A program made the translations under genes and the position numbers. The notes beneath the pieces were generated by a model. That model searched no databases. It was not told the origin of the DNA and was given only the letters and a program-made list of their open reading frames with translations. DNA of 64,000 nucleotides from an uncultured Planctomycetales bacterium. Lineage in GTDB: Bacteria; Omnitrophota; Gorgyraeia; Gygaellales; Profunditerraquicolaceae. The stretch covers positions 80,752-144,751 of the forward strand of contig CAYRUB010000001.1 in the NCBI GenBank assembly GCA_964427405.1, in the 5' to 3' direction. Shown piece by piece: positions 10,208 through 21,696 of this stretch; positions within the stretch are counted from its first letter, which is position 1, and every line of letters starts with the position of its first letter.

Positions 10208-10261
10208 CTTATCTCCTAGTTTATCCTATCCTAACTAAAAATATAAAACCTAATAATTAAT

Positions 10262-10335
10262 TGGGCGATAGGGGATTCGAACCTCTGACATCTACAATGT
10301 GAATGTAGCGCTCTAACCAACTGAGCCAATCGCCC
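10262..10335 (-). tRNA. tRNA-Val (anticodon CAC)
   Basis: Hand-folded cloverleaf: acceptor GGGCGAU, D-arm GCUCAGUUGGUUAGAGC, anticodon stem-loop CUACA-UUCACAU-UGUAG, T-loop UUCGAAU. Confidence 0.8.
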
Positions 10336-10350
10336 ATAAAAAATCTATAC

Positions 10351-10424
10351 TGGGCCCACAGGGACTCGAACCCCGGACCAATTGATTATGAGTCAACTGC
10401 TCTAACCGACTGAGCTATGGGCCC
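10351..10424 (-). tRNA. tRNA-Met (anticodon CAT; elongator type, could alternatively be lysidine tRNA-Ile2)
   Basis: Cloverleaf: acceptor GGGCCCA (G1-C72 paired so not initiator), D-arm GCUCAGUCGGUUAGAGC, anticodon loop CUCAUAA, T-loop UUCGAGU. Confidence 0.75.
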
Positions 10425-10480
10425 TAAAAATAATACTATATATTACTATTTTTAGCGGGTTTTAGCAAGTTAAAAAGGGA

Positions 10481-13400
10481 TTATTTTTCTTTCTTGATAA
10501 CAGTAAGGAAGTTGTTTACGATTCGAGGGTCAAACTGGGTTCCGGAGGATTTTTTAATCATATCTATAGCTTTAGCCTTAGTAAAAGCCTTATGGTACGG
10601 CCGGTCGCTAATTAAGGCCTGATATACATCGGCAATAGCAATAATTCTGGCCCCGATTGGAATGTCCTCGCCCTTTATCCCGCTAGGGTAACCCTTACCA
10701 TCCCATCTTTCATGATGATAAAAAATAAACGGGATTAAGGCATGCAAAAACTGGATAGGCCGTATTATATCTGCCCCGATCTGCGGATGTTTTTTAATCT
10801 CCTCAAACTCTCTTCTATTAAGCTTGCCTTTTTTGAGCAATATGTTTTCACTGATGCCAATCTTTCCTAAATCATGCAGCATAGCCGCTTGCTTAATCAA
10901 TTCCACATCTTCTTGAGGCAGATTTAAACATTTAGCGATTTCTGTTGCGTAATGCACGGTGTTTTCAACATGTTCACCGGTATAATGATCCTTTAATTCA
11001 ATGGTTTTAGCAAACGCAAAAATTGATTCTGACAGGCCCTGTTTTGATTTCCTGGTAAGCTTATCAATCGCCTTCTTTAAAGTTTTCACCCCTGCCGCTT
11101 TAGGAATCTTGCTTTTTTTAGACAGGTTATTCATATCTAAAGTAGAATAAGCCCGGTTACCCCCCTGCTCCTTGGCCTTATTAAGCACGGTGTTAGCCAA
11201 ATTAACTAAATCCATCCCGTTTTTTGCCCTATCATCCGGAAAAGAAACCGCAGCCAGGCTTAACTTTAACCTTACGCTGTGCTTCTTATTGCCAAAATTA
11301 ATGAAATTCAATGATTCCAGTAATCTCTGCGCCATGCTAAAAGCTAAATCCCTGTTTAACCTCGGTGAAATAATCAGGAATTCCTCTCCGGCATAACGGA
11401 TGAGGGTATCGTAGCGGCGCACCATACGCTTAAGCTGTTTGGAGAGTTGTTTTAAAACCAGATCCCCAAAAGCAATTCCATAAACGTCATTTATGGATTT
11501 AAAATAGTCAATATCCAACATAATGATCGCTAAACTATGGGCAAACCTACGGGTCCGGTGGAACTCCACCTCGACAACATCTTGCAGATAACGGCGATTA
11601 TAAAGCCCGGTTTGCGAATCAACCAGCGAAATACCCTTTAACTTTTCGTAGGATTTAAACAACTCCTGGTGAAGCTTGGTTTTTTCTAATTCCGCTTTTT
11701 TATGCAGTGACACTTCCTGAGAGAGATCCGCGGTACGCTCTTCTACGATCTCCTCTAAATGTTCACGGTAACGCCGCAGGCCTTCCTCAATCTGCATCCT
11801 TTCGCTTATATCAACATTCACCTCGGCAACCAGCCATTCACCATTCTCGTCCTGAAAAGGTATGGTAGTTACCGAAATCGGACGATTGCCCTCTTTGCCC
11901 AATATCTCCTGGCTGACTACGGTTTTCTTTGTCTTGAAAGCCTTCTCAATGGCGCAATCGGGGCAAGGAGTCTTACGGTCCATAAAATAATCAAAACAAC
12001 ACTTGCCCTCCCAGGGCCCGTATGTCTTTGCCCACTCCGGGTCAATATAACGGATACAATAATTTGTATCGATAATATCCAGTCCGGTCTTAGTTGCTCC
12101 GAGTATAAACTCAATCTGTTGACGTAATTTCTTAGCTTGTAACTCCGCGGACTCCTTTGATTTTACTTCTGATTCCAATTCTTTTGTGCGATGCTCTACT
12201 AAAAGCTCCAGCTTTTCACGATATATTTGCAATTCATTCTCATTTTTCTTATTTTCGGTAATATCACGATTGCTGGCCCTGCGCCCAAGTAATTTGCCTT
12301 CTTTATTATAAATAGGTACACACGCATGATTAACCCAATACACCTGGCCGTTGCGATTAACTATGCGAAAATCTGTTTCTAATTTTATAGAGCCATGTAC
12401 TGCCTCTTTTACCTTCTTACGGAAAGCTTCAATGTCATCCTTATGCACGATTTTCTCAATTAAACCAGGGTCATCTAGAAAATCTTTTTGCGTATACCCT
12501 GTAATACGTTCACACGAAGGAGAAACATAAATCATTTTACTATCCGTACCTTGCCAATATTCCCAGTCATAGGTAAAATCAGCTATGGTGCGAAACCTCT
12601 CTTCGCTTATACGCAAGGCCTCTTCAGCATTCTTACGCTGAGTTATATCACGCGCATACTCTATTACACCAACCAGCTTCTTTGTTTTCTCATCGAACAT
12701 CGGAAAACTGTAAAGATCAAGATAACCAATAATATTCTTATCTTTATCCTGGAAGGCAGTAACATTGTAAGCGGGCTTTAACGTCTTTAGAGTCTCTTTC
12801 ACCGGACATTTATCGCAGGGTTGGTTTCTGCCATGAAAAGCCATATAACATTTTTTCCCCACAAGAGGCATGTTATGCGCATGCCATTTTTCCTTAGTAG
12901 GATTAGTGCGTAAGACATTCATATCCGTATCCAATACACTTAAACCATCCTGAATACTAGAAAATACGCTATGCAGGAAGCTGCCTGCATTAAACAGCTC
13001 TTCTTCAATTCTTGCGCGGTCTTTTATTTCTTTACGCAGATTCTCATTAAGGCTGGTCAACTCCGCTGTCCTGACTTTAACCCTGATTTCAAGCTCGGAA
13101 CGGATATCCTTTTGTTTCTCTTCTTCTTTTTTTCGCTGCGAGATATCCCTGGCTATGCCGGTTGTGCCGATCGCATTACCTTGATCATCAAAAACCGGCG
13201 TTTTAACAGTTTCTATCCAAATTTCACCGTCTTGCTTATTAACCAATCTCTCTTCAATACATTTACGTTTTTTGCTTCTCATTACTTCACGGTCATCAGA
13301 ACGGTAACTTTCCGCTAAATCCCTGGGCCAGAGATCAAGATCAGTCTTGCCTACAATCTCATCAACCTTAAAACCGCAGGCCTTAGCAAAAGCTTCATTA

Positions 13401-13591
13401 ACCACAATAAATCTGCTATCAATATCTTTAAGCCAGACTATATCCGGGATATTATTCAAGATAGCTTTCTGTTGGAGCTCTGTATTACGCAGCTGTATAA
13501 CCGCTAGCTCAGGACTAGCGCTTAAATGTTTGAGCTTATCCAAATTACCCCGGCTTAATTTAATTTTATTTTCCTGTTTTTGATTTTCCAT
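10481..13591 (-). CDS. Multidomain c-di-GMP signalling protein: ~4 PAS domains + GGDEF-like domain (degenerate AGEEF) + HD-GYP phosphodiesterase domain
   Basis: PAS repeats; GGDEF-domain core GISLVDSQTGLYNRRYL...RYAGEEFLII; HD-GYP: HDLGKIGI...HHERWDGKGYP; two PAS domains carry C-x10-C-x2-C motifs. Confidence 0.8.
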   Translation of the reverse strand: MENQKQENKIKLSRGNLDKLKHLSASPELAVIQLRNTELQQKAILNNIPDIVWLKDIDSRFIVVNEAFAKACGFKVDEIVGKTDLDLWPRDLAESYRSDDREVMRSKKRKCIEERLVNKQDGEIWIETVKTPVFDDQGNAIGTTGIARDISQRKKEEEKQKDIRSELEIRVKVRTAELTSLNENLRKEIKDRARIEEELFNAGSFLHSVFSSIQDGLSVLDTDMNVLRTNPTKEKWHAHNMPLVGKKCYMAFHGRNQPCDKCPVKETLKTLKPAYNVTAFQDKDKNIIGYLDLYSFPMFDEKTKKLVGVIEYARDITQRKNAEEALRISEERFRTIADFTYDWEYWQGTDSKMIYVSPSCERITGYTQKDFLDDPGLIEKIVHKDDIEAFRKKVKEAVHGSIKLETDFRIVNRNGQVYWVNHACVPIYNKEGKLLGRRASNRDITENKKNENELQIYREKLELLVEHRTKELESEVKSKESAELQAKKLRQQIEFILGATKTGLDIIDTNYCIRYIDPEWAKTYGPWEGKCCFDYFMDRKTPCPDCAIEKAFKTKKTVVSQEILGKEGNRPISVTTIPFQDENGEWLVAEVNVDISERMQIEEGLRRYREHLEEIVEERTADLSQEVSLHKKAELEKTKLHQELFKSYEKLKGISLVDSQTGLYNRRYLQDVVEVEFHRTRRFAHSLAIIMLDIDYFKSINDVYGIAFGDLVLKQLSKQLKRMVRRYDTLIRYAGEEFLIISPRLNRDLAFSMAQRLLESLNFINFGNKKHSVRLKLSLAAVSFPDDRAKNGMDLVNLANTVLNKAKEQGGNRAYSTLDMNNLSKKSKIPKAAGVKTLKKAIDKLTRKSKQGLSESIFAFAKTIELKDHYTGEHVENTVHYATEIAKCLNLPQEDVELIKQAAMLHDLGKIGISENILLKKGKLNRREFEEIKKHPQIGADIIRPIQFLHALIPFIFYHHERWDGKGYPSGIKGEDIPIGARIIAIADVYQALISDRPYHKAFTKAKAIDMIKKSSGTQFDPRIVNNFLTVIKKEK

Positions 13592-13666
13592 ATTTAGCTA
13601 ATTTAACAAAAAGCAGCCATCCAAAAAGATAAGCTGCTCATGGCATGGTTTGTGACCAAGAAAATA

Positions 13667-15220
13667 TTAATATTCCCTCTGATGCGCTAAGGTCATATCC
13701 ATAAAAGTACGCAATCTGCGTGAACGTGACGGATGGCGAAGTTTTTTTAAGGCCTTGGCTTCAATCTGCCTGACCCTCTCGCGTGTAACCTTAAAAACAT
13801 TACCTACCTCTTCCAAGGTACGCGAGGAGCCGTCGGCAATACCAAAACGCAAAATCAGGATTTTCTTTTCTCTTTCCGTTAACGTGCTTAAAGCAGAGTT
13901 CATCTCATCTTTTAACATTGAACGCACAGTTTCATTTGCCGGAGAAACCGCCTTCTTATCCTGAATAAAATCACCAAAATGCGTATCACCTTCATCTCCT
14001 ATGGGCATCTGCAAAGATATGGGCTCCTGGGCAATCTTCAATATTGATTTTATTTTACCTTGCGGAAAACGCATTTTATGCGCAATCTCTTCGGGGGTAG
14101 GTTCACGACCGTTTTTCTGAACAAAGACCCTTGAAAAACGGATTATCTTATTTATTGTTTCAGTCATATGAACAGGTATTCTAATCGTACGCGCTTGGTC
14201 GGCAATCGAACGGGTAATCGCCTGACGGATCCACCAGGTAGCATAAGTTGAGAATTTATAACCGCGCTTATATTCAAATTTCTCGACGGCGCGCATAAGG
14301 CCGATATTGCCCTCCTGGATCAAATCAAGAAACGAAAGCCCGCGGTTAGTATATTTCTTTGCTATACTTACAACCAGACGCAGATTTGCCTCCACTAGTT
14401 TCTTTTTTGTGCGGCTAAACTTAAGATGAGCAGACTTTATTAATTTCATCTGTTCTTTGATCTTACTGTATGGCTCAGCAATCTCTTTAAGTATCTGAGA
14501 CTGGCGCTCCCTGCTAGCCTTCCCCGAACGCCTTAAATGTTCCAGCTCCCGAAGTAAAGCGCTTAATTTACGCACCGCCGCTTCAATTACGGAAGTGGTA
14601 AAATTAAGCTGCAAGATTAGGTTGATAATATTGCCCTCACTGCGCGAATGCTTTGCTTTAGCTAAAAAACGCTTAAATCTTCCGATAACGCTATTTTTCT
14701 TTATCTTAATATCTTCTTTAACCACCTCTTCCATATTAATTTTATCTTCTAAAATATCATTGGCAACAGTTAAGACCTCGTTTCTGGCAAACTTAGTAAC
14801 CAGGACCACGCGCTTAAATTTATCTTCAGCATCCTCAATTTTCTTAGCCAATTCAATTTCGTTTTCACGGCTCAAAAGCGAAATAGAACCCATCTGTTTT
14901 AAATACATCTTTACCGGATCATCCAAAGGCATAAAACGTTCTTCACTTTTAAGCTGCTCAGTCAACAATTCATCCCGGGCCTGGGCCAAAGTTTGCTTAT
15001 CCTGCTGCGCCCTGTTTACTGATAAACCCGCATCAGCCTCCCCCTCAACCACCTGGATATCTTCGTTACCCAACAATTCAAAAAGATGGTCTATAGCCAC
15101 AGTACTTGAAAGATCCTCAGGCAACAGGTCATTTACTTCATCATAAGTAAGAAACCCCTTGCGTTTACCAAGGGCAATTAGTTTCTCCATATCTTTAGTG
15201 GGCTGCTCTCTCTTTTTCAT
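13667..15220 (-). CDS. rpoD: RNA polymerase sigma-70 factor RpoD
   Basis: Regions 2-4 conserved: [49 protein letters not shown]-terminal [22 protein letters not shown]. Confidence 0.95.
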   Translation of the reverse strand: MKKREQPTKDMEKLIALGKRKGFLTYDEVNDLLPEDLSSTVAIDHLFELLGNEDIQVVEGEADAGLSVNRAQQDKQTLAQARDELLTEQLKSEERFMPLDDPVKMYLKQMGSISLLSRENEIELAKKIEDAEDKFKRVVLVTKFARNEVLTVANDILEDKINMEEVVKEDIKIKKNSVIGRFKRFLAKAKHSRSEGNIINLILQLNFTTSVIEAAVRKLSALLRELEHLRRSGKASRERQSQILKEIAEPYSKIKEQMKLIKSAHLKFSRTKKKLVEANLRLVVSIAKKYTNRGLSFLDLIQEGNIGLMRAVEKFEYKRGYKFSTYATWWIRQAITRSIADQARTIRIPVHMTETINKIIRFSRVFVQKNGREPTPEEIAHKMRFPQGKIKSILKIAQEPISLQMPIGDEGDTHFGDFIQDKKAVSPANETVRSMLKDEMNSALSTLTEREKKILILRFGIADGSSRTLEEVGNVFKVTRERVRQIEAKALKKLRHPSRSRRLRTFMDMTLAHQREY

Positions 15221-15225
15221 CCTGA

Positions 15226-16989
15226 TTAACCTTTCTTTATTAAATTATGAAATTCCTTAATAAGACTGTTTAACTTTTGTTCATCACCCAAAGATTGCGC
15301 GCTTTTTATCTGTATATGCAGGTGTTCTCTTTGAGATTTTAATCTTTGCACTTTAACACGCGCAATACAGTCATTGACGGCTTTTTCCCTATCCTGGCCC
15401 AAAAGCTCCGGCATAAACATAGACTCACAAACCAGCTGGCTGGCATCATCTTCACTGAAATAATTCATCAAAATGCTGGGCTCAATATTTTTACCCTGAG
15501 CGAACAAATCTTGCATTACTGAAACAACTTTAGCAGTACGCATATCGGCAAAATCAGCAGGTGAAAGCTCATTCATAATCTTCTCAATCAACTCTCTTTC
15601 TTCAAGCATGAACTTAATTAAAAGCTTTTCTGCAGGGTTAATTCCCGAGACGGATTTTTTAACACATAAATCTTCGCCTGAACGTCCGGTTAGGCTCGGC
15701 TTTAATTTATTCAACTCTTCAAGTATATAATGCTCCGGAATCTTAATATCCTCTGAAAGCCGCTTTATATACTCACCTCTAAGAATAGCATTATCAAACT
15801 TATTGATCGTTGAAAGCATTTCAGAGGCAATTTTACTTTTACCATGCGCATCTTTTATATTATGACGGCATTTTAAAACTTCCAGCTTATAGTCAAAGAG
15901 GCTTTTAGCATTCTGAAGCTTAGCCTTGAAACTATTAATCCCCTCTTGGCGCACCAAGGTATCAGGATCCATTCCTTTTGGAAGAGGAACGACTTTTACG
16001 TTCATACCTTCCTCAATAAGCATATCCAGACTTCTTAGGGTAGCTATTTCACCAGCGGTATCGCCATCATAAATCATTACTACATTGTGCGTGTAACGCT
16101 TAAGCAATCTAATTTGTTCTAAGGTAAGCGCGGTCCCCTGTGAAGCCACGATATTATTCAGGCCCTCCTGATACGGAATCATAAAATCCAGGTAACCTTC
16201 CACAATTATCGCAAAATCATTCTCCCTTATATAATCTTTGGATAAATTCAAACCAAAAAAATTCTTACCTTTGATGTAAACCGGAGTCTCAGGGGAATTA
16301 ATATACTTAGGTAAAGTTTTATCCATTACCCTGGCGCCAAAACCAATTACGCGATTACGGATATCAAGAATCGGAAAAATAATACGGTTACGGAAGCGGT
16401 CATAATAGCCTCCTGCCTCTTTAGGCAAAATTAACCCGGCTTTTTCTATCAAAGAAAGGCTGATACCTTTTGACCTTAAGAAATTAATCAGGCTATCCCA
16501 TCCGGAGGGTGCCAACCCCAGATGAAACTCCTTAATCGTCTGAAGCTTGATCCCTCTATTTAAGAGATAATCGCGGCAGGCTGACGCGCCAGTTGCATGA
16601 AGCATATTTTCATAAAAACTTACTGCCAATTCATTAATTTTATAAAGCTGGCTGGTTAAACTAACCTGCCTGGCTATCTCCGGTTTATCTTGTTCGGGCA
16701 AGACAACTCCCGCTTTCTTTGCCAGCATTTCAACAGCCTCGGGGAATTCCATCCTTTCATGGCGCATCAAAAATTTAAAAGCATTGCCTGACTCGCCGCA
16801 GCCAAAACAATGATAAATCTGACGGTCAGGAGAAACCGTAAAAGAAGGAGTCTTTTCATGATGAAACGGGCAATTGGCTTTAAAATTACGACCAGCCTTC
16901 TTAAGCGGGATATAACCGGAAATAATCTCAATTATATCCACACGGCTTAATATATCTTCTAATAAATTTTCGGGTATACGACCGGACAT
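15226..16989 (-). CDS. dnaG: DNA primase
   Basis: Zinc-binding [32 protein letters not shown] domain EGYLD...DGDTAG. Confidence 0.9.
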   Translation of the reverse strand: MSGRIPENLLEDILSRVDIIEIISGYIPLKKAGRNFKANCPFHHEKTPSFTVSPDRQIYHCFGCGESGNAFKFLMRHERMEFPEAVEMLAKKAGVVLPEQDKPEIARQVSLTSQLYKINELAVSFYENMLHATGASACRDYLLNRGIKLQTIKEFHLGLAPSGWDSLINFLRSKGISLSLIEKAGLILPKEAGGYYDRFRNRIIFPILDIRNRVIGFGARVMDKTLPKYINSPETPVYIKGKNFFGLNLSKDYIRENDFAIIVEGYLDFMIPYQEGLNNIVASQGTALTLEQIRLLKRYTHNVVMIYDGDTAGEIATLRSLDMLIEEGMNVKVVPLPKGMDPDTLVRQEGINSFKAKLQNAKSLFDYKLEVLKCRHNIKDAHGKSKIASEMLSTINKFDNAILRGEYIKRLSEDIKIPEHYILEELNKLKPSLTGRSGEDLCVKKSVSGINPAEKLLIKFMLEERELIEKIMNELSPADFADMRTAKVVSVMQDLFAQGKNIEPSILMNYFSEDDASQLVCESMFMPELLGQDREKAVNDCIARVKVQRLKSQREHLHIQIKSAQSLGDEQKLNSLIKEFHNLIKKG

Positions 16990-16992
16990 TCT

Positions 16993-17877
16993 TTACCTTC
17001 TTCTGATCCTAGTGAAACCGGAACAGGCAACCACCTGGAATTGCTGTTTTGCGGATTTCTCTATATTATCCAATAGTAAATTTAAGCCCAGGGTATCACT
17101 GGATATATGCCCTGCGATAACAACATTAAGATTTGCGTCTTTAACCTTCTTAAGATGCTCTTCGCTTAAATGCATGGAAACCAAGGTTCTCACCCCGGCC
17201 TTGTATAATTTGCTAAAAACATCTTTTGATCCCTCTGTGCCTCCGGTCATCTCAAGTAAAATCTTGCCTACCGGCCTTTTTGAATTGCCCAGAATTATGC
17301 GCGGACCGGTATTAAACTTTTCGGCAATCTGGTACTCGGGGATAGTCTTTAATATCTTAACTATATCTCCCACCAAGACCGGAGCGTTACGTTTCTGCTT
17401 AAAAAGAGAATCTAAAAACCTATATACATGATTATCAGCAGGAGTATGCAAATTCATATAAGGCATATTCAAGAGCCGGGCCGCGTCCACAGGACGAGTA
17501 TGATTTTGCGGCAATACCCTACGCTCTACCTCAAGCATCCTTTCTTCAAGCAGCCGGACAGCTGTTTTATAGGCTACTCCAGCCTGTCTCAATAGATCCA
17601 CCTGAAGCCTCATTACCTCGTGCAAACCTACATAGGCCTTACCCTCAGGATGGTGAGCAACTACCAAATCCAAGCCTTCTTTTTCACGGATGCGATCAGC
17701 AAGCAGAAGCTCAGCTACTTCAATATCAATACCAACCATTATTTTTCTTACTTCTGTATTGGGTTTACCAAAAAGAATCGCTGAATCAGGAAAAGAAATA
17801 ATCCCTTTTTTATCCCTGCGCGGGTCAGCAACCCGGCCAAAACTGACCGCCTGATTGTAAAAATTAATTAGTTTCAT
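16993..17877 (-). CDS. Hypothetical protein, possibly Nif3/YqfO-like metal-binding protein
   Basis: DLVVAHHP and C-terminal AGH..SD motifs resemble Nif3 metal ligands; position next to dnaG-rpoD mirrors the Bacillus yqfO neighbourhood; weak. Confidence 0.3.
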   Translation of the reverse strand: MKLINFYNQAVSFGRVADPRRDKKGIISFPDSAILFGKPNTEVRKIMVGIDIEVAELLLADRIREKEGLDLVVAHHPEGKAYVGLHEVMRLQVDLLRQAGVAYKTAVRLLEERMLEVERRVLPQNHTRPVDAARLLNMPYMNLHTPADNHVYRFLDSLFKQKRNAPVLVGDIVKILKTIPEYQIAEKFNTGPRIILGNSKRPVGKILLEMTGGTEGSKDVFSKLYKAGVRTLVSMHLSEEHLKKVKDANLNVVIAGHISSDTLGLNLLLDNIEKSAKQQFQVVACSGFTRIRRR

Positions 17878-18455
17878 TTTTTAGTAAAATTGTCCTTAAC
17901 TTCATTAACAACAGCATTAGATTTTTCCTGCGGGGAAAATTTAGAGAAAATACTATTCCAAATCCAATTATATGTTTGAGCAGAAACTGAAGAAAACCTG
18001 CTACCCAGATAAGAATGTTTGACCGAACTGCTGAGGTAACTTACACTTGAAATCATTAACACATAGATTAACAAACCGATACTAAAATAACCACGCGCTA
18101 AACCCAGGACCAATCCGCCATATCTGTTAAGATTAGGAGCTGCCTCCATCTTCATGAAACGATAAAAGGTGCTGCGCAAAAAGACAAAACATAGGTATAC
18201 AGCACCAGCCAAAATAACAAAGATTAAAAAATCTACAAATTCAACCGGCATAGCTTTAGAGATATACCAGCGTTGAACAATATCCGAAAGATAAGTGTAA
18301 TAATGTGAGGCGATATATATCGCGAATAATACACCCAAGAGCTTAAAAAATTCTATAGCTAACCCGGTTTTAACAGCAATGTAACATATTCTAAATAATA
18401 TAATTAGGATAATTATGTCCAAAAAATTAAATTGCTGAACAACGTTTATTACCAT
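17874..18455 (-). CDS. CvpA-family membrane protein
   Basis: ~190 aa, four predicted TM helices, N-terminal IDIIILIILF...GLAIEFFKLLG like CvpA. Confidence 0.5.
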   Translation of the reverse strand: MVINVVQQFNFLDIIILIILFRICYIAVKTGLAIEFFKLLGVLFAIYIASHYYTYLSDIVQRWYISKAMPVEFVDFLIFVILAGAVYLCFVFLRSTFYRFMKMEAAPNLNRYGGLVLGLARGYFSIGLLIYVLMISSVSYLSSSVKHSYLGSRFSSVSAQTYNWIWNSIFSKFSPQEKSNAVVNEVKDNFTKK

Positions 18456-18528
18456 TATATCCTCCTCTTATTGAAATATTGAAAGTATAACATATATTCG
18501 GGTGGCTTGTCAAGGAAAGGGCTTTCCT

Positions 18529-19461
18529 TTACTCCTTAAACCAGGATATGGTCCGCTCAAGCCCCTCCCGCAGACAAATAGAAGGTTCCCAGGAAAGGAA
18601 TTTCTTGGCTTTACTGATATCCGGCTGGCGCTGACGGGGGTCATCCACGGGAAGTTGCTTATAGACTATCCTGCTTTTTGTTTGAGTTATCTTTAAAACC
18701 AGTTTTGCAAGCTGCATTATAGTAAACTCATCAGGATTGCCTAAATTTACAGGTTTATTTATCTTTGAAAGCATCAGGCGCAATAGCCCCTCCAGCAAAT
18801 CGTCAATATAACAAAAACTTCGCGTCTGCTGGCCTTTTCCATAAACAGTTAAAGGCTTATTGTTTATCGCAGAAAATATAAAATTAGGAACTACCCTGCC
18901 GTCATTATGGCGCATCCTGGGGCCATAAGTATTAAAAATACGCACAATCTTTGTATCCAACTTATGCACGCGGTGATAGGCCATGGTAAGCGCCTCGGCA
19001 AAACGTTTGGATTCATCATAACAGCCGCGCACCCCCACAGGATTAACATGCCCCCAATAACTTTCGTTCTGGGGATGAATTAACGGATCGCCATAAACTT
19101 CTGAGGTAGAAAACAGGAGGAATGAAGACTTTTTCTTTTTGGCTAAACCTAAGGCATTATGCGTGCCCAAAGAACCGACCTTTAAAGTCTGTATCGGGAA
19201 ATCCAGGTAATCCTTCGGGGAAGCCAATGAAGCGCAATGTAAAACATAATCTATCTTACCCGGAATATCAATATAGTTTGAAACATTACGCTTATCAAAA
19301 CGAAAATTCTTATGCTTAAACAATTGTTTAATATTTTCCAGCGAACCGGTGGCAAAATTATCCAGGCATATTACAGCGTAATTATTATCAAGCAGCTTTT
19401 CGCACATGTGCGAGCCGATAAAACCTGCACCTCCGGTAATTAAGACGGTTTTTTTACGCAT
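18529..19461 (-). CDS. UDP-glucuronate decarboxylase (UDP-xylose synthase) family SDR
   Basis: [30 protein letters not shown], YxxxK; UXS-type extended SDR. Confidence 0.75.
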   Translation of the reverse strand: MRKKTVLITGGAGFIGSHMCEKLLDNNYAVICLDNFATGSLENIKQLFKHKNFRFDKRNVSNYIDIPGKIDYVLHCASLASPKDYLDFPIQTLKVGSLGTHNALGLAKKKKSSFLLFSTSEVYGDPLIHPQNESYWGHVNPVGVRGCYDESKRFAEALTMAYHRVHKLDTKIVRIFNTYGPRMRHNDGRVVPNFIFSAINNKPLTVYGKGQQTRSFCYIDDLLEGLLRLMLSKINKPVNLGNPDEFTIMQLAKLVLKITQTKSRIVYKQLPVDDPRQRQPDISKAKKFLSWEPSICLREGLERTISWFKE

Positions 19462-20389
19462 GCCGCTTCCAATAGTCCACAGTAATTTTTAAACCACTTA
19501 AAAAATCAACAGCAGGTTTAAATTTCAAAATTTTAGCTGAAGTCCTTATGTCCGCCAATGTCCTGAATACATCTCCCGGACGGCTGCTAAGCAATACGGG
19601 CGAGATATCTTTTTCTAAAATTTTATTTAACATCTTAACTAAATCCAATATTGTAGTATCTTTTCCCCCTGCAACATTAAAGACTCCATATTTTACTTTA
19701 TCTGCCCTTACAGCCAAAAGATTAGCCTGCACTACATTTTGCACAAAGGTAAAATCGCGTGACTGCCTGCCGTTGCCGAAAATCGGCGGCCGATGATTAT
19801 GCAACAGGCAATTAATAAATTTGGGGATAACCACCGCATATTCATCATCGAGTGCCTGGCGCGGGCCAAAGACATTAAAATAGCGCAAGGCAATTGTAGG
19901 CAGGCCGTAATGCAAGCTAAATATCCTGCAATAATACTCACCCGTTAATTTACTTAATGCGTACGGCGAGATGGGCTCAGGGATAAAGTTTTCTTTTTCA
20001 GGAAAAGTATCTACCTGTCCATAAACCGAGCTCGACGATGCAAAAACAAAACGCTTAACCCTGTTATTTTTTGCCGCCTCAAGCATATTTAATGCGCCAT
20101 CGATATTAACCCGGTTGTACGCATGCGGGTCTTTCATTGACTTAGGCACGCTTCTTAATGCAGCCTGATGCAGTACAAAGTCCATCCCTCTTGTTGCTTT
20201 AGAACATACGCCTGGCGAACAAATATCACCTCTAATCAAATCAATTTTCTTTTCCAGCCCTTTAAGATTAGAGATCCTGCCGCTTGAAAAATTATCCAGC
20301 ACGCGCACGTAATGCTTTTGCTTAATTAAAGCCTCAACAATATGCGAACCTATAAAGCCAGCGCCTCCGGTTACCAGATACCTGCTCAT
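19454..20389 (-). CDS. NAD-dependent nucleotide-sugar 4-epimerase (WbpP/GalE-like)
   Basis: [19 protein letters not shown], extended SDR; overlaps neighbours by 8 and 4 nt (operon). Confidence 0.7.
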   Translation of the reverse strand: MSRYLVTGGAGFIGSHIVEALIKQKHYVRVLDNFSSGRISNLKGLEKKIDLIRGDICSPGVCSKATRGMDFVLHQAALRSVPKSMKDPHAYNRVNIDGALNMLEAAKNNRVKRFVFASSSSVYGQVDTFPEKENFIPEPISPYALSKLTGEYYCRIFSLHYGLPTIALRYFNVFGPRQALDDEYAVVIPKFINCLLHNHRPPIFGNGRQSRDFTFVQNVVQANLLAVRADKVKYGVFNVAGGKDTTILDLVKMLNKILEKDISPVLLSSRPGDVFRTLADIRTSAKILKFKPAVDFLSGLKITVDYWKRHA

Positions 20390-21696
20390 AAGCGCTCCAC
20401 CTTATCTTTATGGCAGCCCTTAAAAACATTCCTGGAATCAAATATTAATTTTGCGTTTTTCAGCAATCCCATATAATCCACTCCCGAATGATCAGTGGCA
20501 ATCAAGACACAATCAAACTCCTTGATTTTTTTATCATTCAGTTCAACTGATTTTAAATCAATCTCCTTTAGCTTAAGAAAAGGTATAAGTGGATCCGAAT
20601 ATGCAACCTTAGCCCCATGCCTTCTTAGGCTATTGATCACATCAATGCTTGGAGACTTGCGTAAATCTTTCACATCTTTCTTATAAGTAACCCCCATAAT
20701 TAGTATCTTTGAATTCCTAATTTTTTTGCTGCGCCGGCCGAGGGCATCTTCGATCCTTTTTACGATATATTCGGGCATATAATTTATTACATTTGAAGCA
20801 AGCTTGATAAACCGCGAATGAAAACCAAAACTTTTGGCCTTCCAATGCAGATATAAAGGGTCTTTGGGGATACAGTGCCCTCCTACCCCGGGCCCGGGAT
20901 AAAAAGGCATAAAACCAAAAGGCTTGGTACTGGCAGCCTGGACTACCTCCCAAATATCAATCTTCATTTTATGCGCCATCATTGATAACTCATCGATTAA
21001 ACCGATGTTAATCAAGCGAAAGGTATTCTCAAGAAGCTTTACTGTTTCGGCGCAGCGCGCGCTGCTTACAGGAACTACCTTTTTAATAATAACGCCGTAT
21101 ACCAGCATCGCCAACCGGGTGGCTTTAGGGCTAAGCCCTCCGACAACCTTAGGGATTTTATGTACAGGGAATTTTTTATTACCCGGGTCGATCCTTTCAG
21201 GCGAGAAACAAAGGTAGAAATCTTTTCCATGTACAAAACCGCGGCCCTGAAAAATCGGCAGGATCTCCTCTTCCGTTGTCCCGGGATAAGTTGTACTTTC
21301 TAAAATCACAAGCGCGCCTTTTTTTATATGCAGAGCCGCTTCCTTTACCGCATTTTTTATAAATGAGATATCCGGCAAATTCCTACCCTTAAGCGGGGTA
21401 GGGACACAGATTAAGATTACATCCGCATCTTTAATATCCGAGAAATCTGCGCTTGCTTTAAAACAACCGCTGTTTAAGCTGCAGCTTAACTCTTTATTAC
21501 TGATATCGCTGATATAAGAAATTTTATTTATAATAGACTTAAGCCGGTCGCGGTCAATTTCAATACCGGTTACCGGGAGGCGTTTCCTGGCAAACTCTAA
21601 AGCCAGGGGAAACCCAACATAACCTAAACCTACCACCGCTATTTTTAAGCGCTTGTTTTTTATCTTCCTGCGTAAATCAAAAATAGCCCTATCCAT
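20386..21696 (-). CDS. UDP-N-acetyl-D-glucosamine/mannosamine 6-dehydrogenase family (WbpA/TviB/WecC-like)
   Basis: KIAVVGLGYVGFPLALEFA, catalytic GGHCIPKDP. Confidence 0.75.
   Translation of the reverse strand: MDRAIFDLRRKIKNKRLKIAVVGLGYVGFPLALEFARKRLPVTGIEIDRDRLKSIINKISYISDISNKELSCSLNSGCFKASADFSDIKDADVILICVPTPLKGRNLPDISFIKNAVKEAALHIKKGALVILESTTYPGTTEEEILPIFQGRGFVHGKDFYLCFSPERIDPGNKKFPVHKIPKVVGGLSPKATRLAMLVYGVIIKKVVPVSSARCAETVKLLENTFRLINIGLIDELSMMAHKMKIDIWEVVQAASTKPFGFMPFYPGPGVGGHCIPKDPLYLHWKAKSFGFHSRFIKLASNVINYMPEYIVKRIEDALGRRSKKIRNSKILIMGVTYKKDVKDLRKSPSIDVINSLRRHGAKVAYSDPLIPFLKLKEIDLKSVELNDKKIKEFDCVLIATDHSGVDYMGLLKNAKLIFDSRNVFKGCHKDKVERL

Noticed and set aside
14595-15146. 183-aa plus-strand ORF antisense to rpoD
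   Set aside because: Fully embedded antisense to a highly conserved gene; Ser/Leu-rich low-complexity translation typical of antisense frames.
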